DNA of 64,000 nucleotides, taken from assembly GCF_006345805.1 (NCBI RefSeq), contig NC_043021.1, forward strand, positions 14,198,001 to 14,262,000, read 5' to 3'. The translations under genes were made by a program, and so were the position numbers. Shown here in pieces: positions 52,603-64,000 of this stretch (within the stretch, counting starts at the first letter, position 1; every line of letters begins with the position of its first letter). The notes below the pieces were generated by a model. That model had not been told where the DNA came from, searched no databases, and saw only the letters and a program-made list of their open reading frames with translations. The DNA is from Octopus sinensis. Its lineage: Eukaryota.

Positions 52603-52928
52603 TTTACCTCCGCCTTAGTGAAAGCAGAGGTATTGTTTTCAGTTGTGTTTGTTTGTTTGTCCATGGATGGATTTGGATGAAACTTTCAGGGATTGGCCTT
52701 GTAACTGGCACGAACTGATTAGATTTGGGGATCGATCTGGTACTGGCCAAGGATTCTGGATTACTTTGCCAGTTTTTTTGAGAGCGGTCAGGTTCATTTT
52801 TAGTATTCTCATTTGTGAGAACAGTCGAGTTTATTTCAGATATTCTCATTTTAAAAATCATCTCTGGCTAATCATTGAGAGGATGTTGCTGTTGCCTTGG
52901 CAGAGGTTTGCACTCTCTGAGTGCTCTT
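52603..52928 (+). mobile_element. Helentron/HINE-like non-autonomous element
   Basis: Subterminal IRs acctccgcc (52606) and ggcagaggt (52899), followed by a 3' stem-loop gcactc-tct-gagtgc and T-rich ends. Confidence 0.65.
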
Positions 52929-53103
52929 GTTTATGTATATATATATCTCGGCTGACCAATCAATCAGAAACAAATACCAAATCTGATAAAGCTATTACCG
53001 TCTAAGGGGAGATTACTCCATATTGAACCCTTTTGCTATCAAACCTACCTCAACTGGATACAAAATGTCCTGCTCCGTGAACACAGAGGAGAAAGTTATA
53101 GAC

Positions 53104-53201
53104 CAGTCATGGGCAACCTGTAGGACTGTCTGCATGGCACACCTGATGATGAGGCACATGTGTCATGCGGCCCACTTCTTGAAAGAGGTTGCCCATGCCT
53201 G
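53104..53201. mobile_element. hAT (Charlie-like) MITE, 98 bp
   Basis: 16-bp TIRs cag(t/g)catgggcaacct; 8-bp TSD ttataga(c/g) at 53096-53103 and 53202-53209. Confidence 0.85.
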
Positions 53202-55014
53202 TTATAGAGGGAGAAGACAAAGAGAGAGAGAGAGACACACACAGACAGACAGACAGACAGAAGGAAAGGGAGAGAGGGAAAGAACCAAAAATGAAAAGAA
53301 TAAAAAGAGAATTGGTTGAAAAACTTAGTATTGGAAAAAAGATATTTGAAAAACCAAACAAACAGGGTGTTGAGGGAGTAGGAGGAGAATAAGTAAATAG
53401 GTGGGTAGGAGGAGTTATACTACTAGAAGTAGTAGTGGTGGTAGTAAGGGTTACTTGTGGTGGTGGTGGTGGTAGCTAGAGGTGGGGAAAATCACAACCT
53501 GAGAGGGTGGTGCCAAGTGGGAAGTGAGTCAGTAGCAAATGGGAAGAGTTAACACGTAGGAAGAGGAGTGGAGGAGAAGAGGGATTATGGATTAAAAGCC
53601 AGGGAATTAAAAAGAAAAACCACAAAAAACACATGAAAAGGACACTATATAAAAATCCACCCACCCCCACTATTTTACTACCCTCCTCCCTTATCCTGTT
53701 GCCCTTACAACAATCCTTAGTTATGAAGGAAAAAAAAAAGGTTCAAATAAATTAATAACCGACTTCTGCAGTCCAAAATGTGATTTCTCTAAGTGCGGCA
53801 GGGGAGGAAATGGTACTTACCCAGGTGTTGACTTTGGATAACCACATACAATATCTACAGAGAGGTTATATTATATTATTAATATATCATAAACAATTAT
53901 AAATACAGATATTTGGGCCTATGTGTATTGGTTTGTGGCTCACTCCTAAAATAATAATGGTTTCAAATTTTGGCACAGGGCCTGTAGTTTATGAAGGGAA
54001 ATGGGGGTTGGTCGATTACATTGACCCCCCCAGTTCTTGACCAGTACTCATTTTATCGACCCCGCCGAAAGGATAAAAGGCAAAGTTGACCTTGGCGAAA
54101 TTTGAACTCAGAACGTAAAGACGGACAAAATGCCATTTAGCATTTTTGTCTGACACGTTAACAATACTGCCAAGCCCATGGCCTTCACTCCTAAAACAAT
54201 GATAATAAATATTAGTAGCATAACAAGGAAGTCTTAACTGAAATTTCTGTATCAAAGAACATATTTCATTGACACTGCTCCGCAAAGGGAATGTTGACTG
54301 AGAAGTTTTAACTTTGTAACTCTTGATACAAATCCATCTGAGACCACCCCTTTTGATATCAACCTGTCTAAGACTGCCCCTGGTTCAAACTTGCTGCTTT
54401 TAAGTGATCTAGAACTTTCCATCAAGATTTGAAACTAATTTATGTTCTAAGTGATAGTTTAGTAACGACAAAGTTATTTTAGTAAATTTTTTATTATTTA
54501 AAAAAAAAAAAATTAATTAAAACAAAAGTAGTGTATTAATTATTTCAATCAAAATACAGTAACAAGGGTAGTTATGGAAGAAAGAACTAAATCCTATTAA
54601 TTTTGTATGCATGTGTGTGTCATTAATTCTAGTGAACAATACACACACAACTAATAGAATAAATTTCATTTTAGAGTTATCCTCATAATCATATTTACTC
54701 TAATTATATTATCCTAATTAATGAACCAAAACATTAGATTTCTTGTGTGTGTGTGTGTGTGTGTGTGTGTACGTACATAGTTACTACATTTTTTATTCTT
54801 AAAAAGGATTTATTAATGAAGCTGATTACTTGTGACAGTGTATTGTACTATTTAAGATGGTCGTATAAACTTCAATGTCTGGAGATTAGTTATATTTAGT
54901 TTGAGTGCACAACTGACTTAAATTTTATTTTAGTATTTAAGAAGATTTAACATTGCACCTAGTCAAAATTGATGCTAACCTATTAGACAGCTGTTACAAT
55001 AATGTTTGCAATAG

Positions 55015-55045
<31 letters not shown>

Positions 55046-57105
55046 CTTCATTTGTTAACAAGGCAACCAATGGTTTCATGTGAAGAGGTCTTTACAATTA
55101 TTGAAGTATACCACATTGGTACTGGTTTCTTTTTGCTGATTTAATATACTACAGTTATGTTTACAATAGTGACTATTCATATTAAATCTCAAAAAGGAAT
55201 CTCCCATTTATACATATATAATAAATATTTATAAAAATATCGTAATAGTAAATAATGCCATGCCATTGCAAGCTTTCTGAAGGTAGTGACAAAAAAGCTT
55301 AAAAACAAACCAACGAAGGCAAACAAGCAAGATATTAAAGAGACAATACAATGAAAAGAAAATGTTAAAAGGGTGGTAGGATACTTATAATTCATTGAAA
55401 CTCAACTTCAGATTTTCCCTTCTTCTTTTAACCCTTTCTGTACAAAAGGGACACACATGCATTCCCTCCTGCAATACTCAAAAGAGGATTCTGGTTTGCA
55501 TAATAGTATTAATGTATGTCTGTGTGGTTCAGAAGTTTGTTTCCAAATTACTTGGGCTTGGATTGAGTCCCACTATGGGTTAGTTAGTTAGTTACCTTCT
55601 TGGATCATACTGACTCACAAGGGCCGGTTTCCGTGGTTTCATATATTCCCCACCTGGACAGGACACAGGTCCGTTGCCGGATTACTCATTTTTGCCAGCT
55701 GAGTGGATTGGAGAAACATGAAATGAAGTGTTTTGCTCAAGAACACAACACGTCGCCCAGTCCAGGAATTGAAACCACAATCTTACAATCATGAATCCAA
55801 CACCATATACACTAAGCCACATGACTCCACTGTGGGTCACCTTGGACTGACCAAAACCTTGTTAGTGGATTCATTTGACAGAAACTGAAGCCTAATGCTA
55901 CTGATGAATAAACATCACCATTATACAAGCAATGTTGTTTGCCTGCAATTTTCTGTGTAAAAATATTGATGGCATTCAAAGCAATAGGAGGGAAATATCT
56001 TGGTTGGAGACTAGTGGATATTTGGCATCCAGCCTGACCCATGCCGACATGGAAAAGTAGATGTTAAAATTACCATGTATTTAGTTTAAGAAAGATTAAA
56101 ATATTCTCTACTGTAAGCACCACCACCAGTATTTTAGAGGCCCTGGGTGGTTGCTTTTGATGAGATTTGAAATCAGAATGTGGAGAGCGAGAGAGAGTAA
56201 CTAAAATATTACACATGGCATTTGTCTGCCCCTCCTACCAATTCTACCAAACAACTGCCCCATGTTCTAACTGTTTGGCATTCAAATTATCCTGCCAAAT
56301 ATAATGCTTATGTATTCACATTCTTTTGAACTAATCATTCATTATCTCATAGCTTTGAGATTTTGATGTTATTGTAGGGTAAGTGTGAAAGGTTGGATCT
56401 GGCCAGTTTGAACATAAAACAAGTAAGATATTTGGTCCAAATGTAGCTGGTTCAAATGCTAATGGGTTAATTAGGCCGAGTGTGGTTTTTTTTTTTTTTT
56501 TTTTTTTTGGATTTTCAGAATTTAGACAAAGGTACAAGTCATGCAAAGTATGATTATTATAATTTTTTTTTTACTTGTGAAGTATTAAAAGAGCAAAAAA
56601 AAAAAATCAATGAACAAAACAAGACAGAGAGAAAAAGAATGCATTCAAGGATGTATTAAGAGACAAAAATTAATAAAATTAAAAATATATTATAGAAACA
56701 AGTATTAAAAAAATTGAGAAACACCTATAAAAAAAATTAAAATTGAACAACCAGAGAGAGAAAGAGGGAAAGAAATAGAGAAAGAGAGAGTGGGGAAAAA
56801 AGAGAAAGAGAAAAAGAGAGACATTGATGCCAAAATAGCAGACACTGCTATTATCTGTTTTTTTTTTTATAATGAATTTTGAGAATATTGCAAACATAGT
56901 ACATCAGAAAATACAAATAAATTTTTCTGTAAATATATGCATTGTAAAGCAATTTGAGATAGAAAAAAAAAAAGAAAAATATTATATACATATATACTAA
57001 ATGTATATATATATAAAAAATAACCTGAAAAGAAATATATAAAAATAACATAACAAGCAAAAAAAAAAGAGAGATAAAAATAAGAAAATAGATAAAGAAA
57101 CTTAC

Positions 57106-57111
57106 CAAAAT
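57106..57111 (-). CDS. Putative 6-nt micro-exon ATTTTG
   Basis: tttatcattttgttag|ATTTTG|gtaagt: perfect donor, T-rich acceptor, frame-preserving. Such a short match can arise by chance. Confidence 0.3.
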
Positions 57112-59464
57112 CTAACAAAATGATAAAACTACTACTTACAATAATAAAAATAACATAGGTGCAATGCTACACATTTTGTGGTTGGTGGGGGTTTTGTTGA
57201 TTAAATCGAAGTATTTCATTGATGGTTTATTTTGTAAATTCTTTACGAAAATGAAGGGTGAAGTTGACCTCAGCTTGATTTGAACTCAGAACATAAAATT
57301 ACATAACTGCCACTCTACTGATCTACAAAGATTACTGTCATTGGGGAAAGGTCCAAATTTTACAAGGAATGGAAATGAAGAGCATGTGTGTCCTTTTTTT
57401 ACATTATGTCTGTTTTCCATGCCAGCACGGGTTAGATGCCCATTACTATGCTTTTCGATGGGTCAGAGACCATGTCTCATTCAATTTGCATTTTTTGCCA
57501 GGTGCCTGTAGCTGGTTTCCCTTCCCAACACCAACCACTTTACAAAGTGTACTGGATGCAGTTTTTCATGGCAAAAGCATTAGGGAGGTTGCCACACTCT
57601 TGACAAGATTAAAAGGAGCATTGACCCCATCACAGGCAATGCTTATAAAATACTTATAAATATATACAAAAATTAAACTGTGGCACAAAAGACCTAAAAA
57701 CCATCAACTGCTTTTTTAATTTTAAATTGTTTTGGGAAAAGGTCTGAGGCCCACCAAGAACACTTAGATGGCCTACTTATGGGTTGTGGCCAACTTGTTA
57801 CTGACTACTACACTAGGGCCATCAACTCAACTCTCCAAGATAATATTAGGCACTTTTATAGAGCTGTGAGTCATTAGACCAATCAGGTGGCCTCAACTCC
57901 ACCCAGGTACCCAGTATCAGCCAGGTGACAATTGAGAGTTAAGTTTTTTGACTGCAGCCCCCAACAATTAATTGGTGGCGGCCTGAAATGTAACAGCCAC
58001 ACTCTTAAGCTAGAGGACTTGTACCGGTCACCTGCAATGCTTTCTCTAGGTCTGGCCAGGAGAGAACCTGCAGCAGACCCAGTTCAGCAAAACCACTGAA
58101 ATAGCAATTGATTCTAATTCTGGTATTAACACAAATTTGGAGTTAATACTGTTTTAAGGAACCAGAGAGAGAGAGAGAAATAGAGACATACATATAGACA
58201 GACAACACATTCAAATTAATTTTTAAGTATTACATTAATTATCAGCTGTTATTTAGAGGTAGATACGAAACTACTTGTACAACTCATAGGTAGCACAATA
58301 ATGATAATGAATGATGTAATTGAACAGAATGCAATAAATTGTAAAAAAAAAAAATCTCATCAAAAATGCAAAAAAAATAATTTAAAAAACCAATAACAGA
58401 ATAAAAAGCAATTTAAATAACATATAAACAGTTAAAATATACAGAACAAGTAAAACAAAAGAGAAAAAAAGCTTTAATAATAGAACGACATGCAGTTATG
58501 ACATGCTGGGTATATATATATGGAGACAGAGAAATAATATATGTAATGAGGTAGAATGGATGTGGAGATGTCAGATATATTTATATAATACATATGTAAT
58601 ATAAATTATAGAATAAAGTGCATATAATATATATTTAAAGGAGATATAAATTATGCATTATACATTTTATATATCATTTTGTATATATTATATATAAGCA
58701 GATGATAAGGAAGTTAAGAGGAAAGTGGGGAAAGAATTTTTTCCAAAATGAAATGGAAAATGTGTATGTATGCCTGTGTGATCAGATGAGTACATGAGAA
58801 AAATTTATATATTTTATATATATATATATAAATGGACTGAATGAAGTTTACTAAGACTAAGCTGAGAAAAAAAAAATCGAGACATCTTAGATTAGAAATG
58901 AGATCTTTGGGTGATAACTTCTGAAGCAAAGTGAAGGGCATTGAGTGATAAATGATGAAGGGGTTGGATGGCTTGGCTCTTTTGGAGACGAAATAATTCA
59001 TTGATGGCAGAGTCTGTGCTAGGTTAGATAGTCTAATCAATAGAATTTGACCACTTTTGGAACCACATTTCTGTTGAAAGCTACACTGAATCAATTGTGA
59101 AACTTGAACTGAATTCGAAAATAAGGAAGAATATAAAGAAAAAGCTTTGTGATTATTAAAAGCTGATGTTTCAAAGTTTTATGGGGAACTTTTAACTTGG
59201 ATCATTTTAAAATAGAGTTTGTACCATAGAAGCAGGGGGCAGTTTTGGGAAGGTTGGTATCAAAAGGATTAACCTTTTAGAGGAAGAATAGACAGAATTA
59301 AGGGATCAGAGTGTTGATTGCAAAAGAAACATGAAGACTATGAATAGTCACTCCATTGACATCAATAGTGTCAATATGGTCATATAGAGGAAGAGGACGA
59401 GAGTCACAAATTTGTGGGCTTCAGAGAGATAGCAGGGGAGTTGATAAAAGAATCATTCCAGAGA

Positions 59465-59580
59465 GAATGAGAGCCAATGGTACAAGTGTGGTCAGGGGGA
59501 GAGAGAGAGCCAATGGTAGAAGTGTGGTCATGGAGAGAGAGAGAGAGAGAGCCAATGGTACAAGTGTGGTGAGAGAGAGA
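59465..59580. repeat. Three ~34-bp tandem units (gagagagccaatggta(c/g)aagtgtggt)
   Basis: Direct inspection. Confidence 0.8.
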
Positions 59581-61302
59581 GAGATAGACTGTGTGTATGT
59601 GAATAAGCTAGAAGTGACAGGAACTCACACAGAACTAAATTCTACAGCTATATCAACAGGGTATATATATATATATATATATATAGATAGATAGATAGCT
59701 ATTTTGTCTAGTCCAGAAGTGACCATCTTGTCTTTTCAGATGGGTTTACCTTGGACTGGCTTGTAATTCAAAGGAAGATTTTGCTGCTATTATCTAGCTC
59801 AGGTCAATCTCATTATGGATACAAATAGAAAGAAAAGCTAACTACATAAATGGCAACCGTTTTCCCCCATGGGTTAATAAATAAGAGTAAGAAGGGCTGA
59901 GTGGGGGGTAGTTTTGTGCTTGTATCTTTGGTCATGAACTTCAGATCAAGAATTTGCTATGTGATTTCAAATGCTATGTGTGAGAGAAACTAAACTGTGC
60001 GAACAAAGAGATAACTGACGAACAATAAGCACATTATACATATATAATGTATATATGTATATATATATAGAGAGAGAGAGATAATATACAAATACAATAT
60101 ACATTAAATATACGTATGTATTTATGTATAATGAAGAAAGCAAAATCCAAAAATCAATTCTCGCAAAAAACATAATTGAATGAAAATGAAGAAGAAGATA
60201 AAATAAGCGATGTTAAAATACATGAAAGAATGAGTGAGAGGAATAATAAAAAATTGTGAGTATGAAGAAATGGACACTGAATAAATAATCAAAGAAATGA
60301 AAATGCAATAAATATAATAATAACGATAATAATGATAACCAAGATACTTGAAATAAAATTGAAGTAACGTGCTAAAATAGATGAAGATAAGATAAAAAAA
60401 TAAAAAAAAAAAAAAGATTTAAATAAATAAAAGTGTTGAAATGCAATGCATATATATATATATATACATAAATATATATATATATATATATAAAAGTTAA
60501 AATAAACTGTCTCACCTAGAAAATCCAGATGCCAAAAAGTCCCTTCTCGCGTTTGTTCAAGGGCAGATGGCAACAACTTTTTTTTTTTTTTTTTTTTTAC
60601 ATCCCTATGGCATAAGAAAAACTGACCCCTTGACAAATTTTAGGGAGATATACTTACTCTAGAGAGGAGAGGGGGTTAAACAAGCCAGATCTGACATCGA
60701 ATAGACAAAAACATAGATTATCTTCTTTGAAGGCATTTATATAAAAGAGAGAGTTTTTGGTGCCTGAATCTGTTTTATTGGACAATTTTTTTCTTGGTGA
60801 TGCTTTTTCCTTTTTTCTTGTTCCAAAATTTCATTTCTAGAATATATATATATGCTGCATGTGCCACAAAAGGTTATCTGTTTTATATAAACACATCTAA
60901 ATGCAAACAAACACCTTTCTTAATTATTTTAGTGTATGTGCGTATACGTATATAAGTTGTGGGAGAGAATCTTGTCATTTAGTCTCTTTAAGATTTCCTT
61001 ACTTATGAACACCTTGTGTTTTCTTTCCATCTTTTTTCTTCTCCAAAATTCTTATGTTTTATTCCATCTCTCATCGTTCAATGGTGTCAAAGTATTAAAA
61101 CACAGATCCCACGTTGATTAGGATAATAAAAGATTAAATTTCAATATAATTCCACACACACACACACACTCTCTCTTTCACACACGCTTCATATATTTTA
61201 CATATGCACCCAAACAATAAAACAGTGCATATGCACTTGAACAGTAAAAACATACAAATCAACTTTATTGTTCAAAACCATAAACTTGAAGGCCATGCTG
61301 GA

Positions 61303-61601
61303 GGTCAAGCTTGATGGCCTTTGCTACCAAGCTTTGGTGGACATGAGACCAAGCTTGCTGGCCAAACTTGAGACCAAGCTCGATAGCCAAACTTGAGACC
61401 AAGCTCGATGGCCAAACTTGAGACCAAGCTCGATGGCCAAACTTGAGACCAAGCTCGATGGCCAAACTTGAGACCAAGCTCGATGGCCAAGCTTGAGACC
61501 AAACTTGATGGCCAAGCTTGATGGCCAAGCTTGATGACCAAGCTTGATGGCCAAACTTGAGACCAAGCTTGATGGCCAAACTTGAGATCAAGCTTTGCTG
61601 G
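61303..61601. repeat. 25-bp higher-order minisatellite (13-mer ccaagctcgatgg + 12-mer ccaaacttgaga)
   Basis: About six regular 25-mers from 61349, then 13-mer monomers; the 25-aa periodicity of the three minus ORFs confirms the period. Confidence 0.92.
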
Positions 61602-64000
61602 TCATAATGGAGACCAAATTTTTGATTTGTATTCTTAAGTTTCTCTTTTAAATGTGTGAGTCCTAACCTTTTAATGTTGTCAAGTGACAGGAAACCACTC
61701 CTGGTCTATTTGCTACTTTAAGCCATCTTTTAACCAATCGATAACGTAGACCAATATTTAATAAATCTAAATTTTTCCAATTTTTAAACGGGGGAAAAAA
61801 AAAAGACTTAATTTCAGGACAATTTATGTATTTTTGAGGTGAGGAGGAAGGGACGAACTTTCATTTACAAATATATAGTTTGTATATCTCAACGTTGCAT
61901 ATTTTAATAAAATTCTGTGGCTCATAGAACATCACAAATTAAGGACAAATAAGATATACAAAGAGAGAGAAAGAGAGAGAAAAAAAAAAGGATTTATGAT
62001 AAAGAAAGAAAAAAATCTCAATCCTTAAATTTCACTGTACCAAAGTTTAACTTGCATTATAATATATTTTACTATCTATATATGTATATATATTATTTTA
62101 ATTATGAGTGCAGATTAAGAAGGGAGATAACCAACACTTTCTACATCTTGTTTCTTAGACATTGCCTTATATCAATACCAGAAGTGGAAAAGACAAAAAT
62201 CAACCTCAAAATACACAATAACAATCAGACAGATATGCTTATTAGATTTCCTTCTAGCGCTAAACACTGAAATCACAATTAGAAACCAGTACATCTAAGA
62301 AATGACAAAACTGACACCCTACTCTAGTTGTTGAATGAAGTTACTTCTAAGCATTCAGAGACATTAACAGAATTAATACTAAAAAGATTTAGCAACTGAC
62401 TGTGTAGCAGAGAGGATTTATACCCCAACCCCACCTGCAAAGACTTGAAGAGCTGTTAACAAAACACCAGTTTTAAATCTAGAATCTCTACTCTTATTGT
62501 TTAATGGAATCACTATAGTCGGAATTGTCTTTATATGGAGGCTGAGCTTCCCACATTTGGATAATTCTGGATATAGTTATAAGCTTTCTGGTTCAGTCCC
62601 ACTGCATAGAACATTGGACAAATGTCTTCTGCTTTCACCCCAGGCTAACCAAAACTTTATGAACGGATTTGGTAGATGGAAACTAAAAGAAGCCTGTCAC
62701 GTGTGTGTGTGTCCTTGTCATCACATGGCATGACAGATATAAATGGACACCTTCATACTTCTATGGAAACATGTCCAGTCAGTGGGGAAATATTACTTTG
62801 CTCGGAAACAAGTGAGAGTTGGTGACAGGAAGGGCATCCAGCCATAGAAAATTTGGTTCAATGAATTCTAAGCTAATTGATAAACCTGAGAAAATCTCAA
62901 AGATTCAACAAGTCTTTCCCACTACCTTTCATTAACCACCATTATCATCATGCTTGTGAATATTACAGGCAGAAACGGTAAGGTACATATCTGGCCGTCA
63001 GTGACTGCCGAAACTGATGTCATTCTTTCTTAAGCCTAATTCCTTATTGATGAGGATCTATCCTTAGTTGCAATGTTTTTGAGTCTGTTATTACAGGAAT
63101 TGCAAGCTTGTATTAGTTCCGTTCATCCTTTCTGTACACTGTTGTTAAACAATCTTGGAAAATCAGGTAGCAGAATAAATGAGCAATCATTTTTTTTTCT
63201 TTTAGTTTAATCTTACCAAAGAATTGCTCCTAATCCAAATTCTACCTTGCTCCTTGCCCCCCTCCCAACCAAAACTGTTCTCTTGTCGTAAAATTGTCGC
63301 ACAATGTAGTTATTATAGGTCTCTAGTAAGTCTTGACCTTCCTCCCATGCCAGAAGGGCACTAGCAATTCACCCTGTCCAACTTTCAAGAGGGAACTACA
63401 CCCATGTATGTTTTCTAATGAATACAAGAAGGTCACTCCTCAACCCTCAAGGATTTAGTTTGCAGGCTACAGATGTCCAACATCTATCTGTAGACATGCC
63501 TACACTTATTGAGACCCATGAAGCAATTATGTGTAGTAGGTTTCTCTACTCTTCAGAAAGATCTTAAGGGGTCAGATTTACCAATTAGATACTAATGACA
63601 GTAACAATAACCTTCTGCTTCTTAAATTATAGCTGTCTCTCTTTATCATGCCCTATTGTACAGGTTCAGCTGATTATAAAAGACCAAATAAAAAATCTCC
63701 TTTACTGAATTCATTTCTATTACACTGTTATAATGCTTATAAAATTTCTGAAACACATCCACACATAAAATACGACTGACATCCACTTAATACTTGCCGA
63801 TATAATTGCATGAGATGACAAAGACCGAAACCCTTAAGTATGATAAAAAAACAAGAACAAAAACAATTAAAAGATGTAATAAAGAAGGACAAATGTCATC
63901 CTAACAGCCTGACTAGTTGAAAGACAGACCTTGTTTAAGTTACAGAAGGAATAATGAGCTCTTGCATAAGACACAGGCTAAAGTTTACTGCAGTGGCAAT

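Noticed and set aside
58714-59094. 126-aa minus ORF, and a nearby MWFQK resemblance to a homeodomain
   Set aside because: No homeodomain helices, the WFQ frame stops within a few codons, and the composition is UTR- or intron-like.

Overview
AT-rich, microsatellite- and SINE-laden animal genomic DNA. The SINE families and repeat landscape look like an octopus (coleoid cephalopod); this is inferred, not database-checked. The one firmly supported gene is the 3' ~60% of mitochondrial isoleucyl-tRNA synthetase (IARS2) on the + strand: 14 GT-AG exons from 2231 to the TGA at 22653-22655. These splice phase-consistently into 1809 nt (602 aa plus stop) with [27 protein letters not shown], the anticodon-binding domain and the C-terminal zinc finger; the 5' exons lie left of the window. 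Introns and flanks carry tRNA-derived SINEs, decayed RTE LINE pieces, Tc1/mariner, pogo and hAT MITEs, a Helentron-like element, a maT/DD37D transposase fossil and several minisatellites. From 27 to 64 kb there is no long credible ORF. There is a CpG-retaining promoter-like island at ~26.8-28.1 kb and, tentatively, the 3' end of an unidentified minus-strand gene made of micro-exons and alternative last exons (46-61 kb). The most unusual object is at 25.5-26.0 kb: a tRNA-headed retroelement carrying a Penelope-type minimal hammerhead ribozyme motif, present as an inverted pair. Nearly all ORFs in the supplied track are microsatellite or SINE artefacts.
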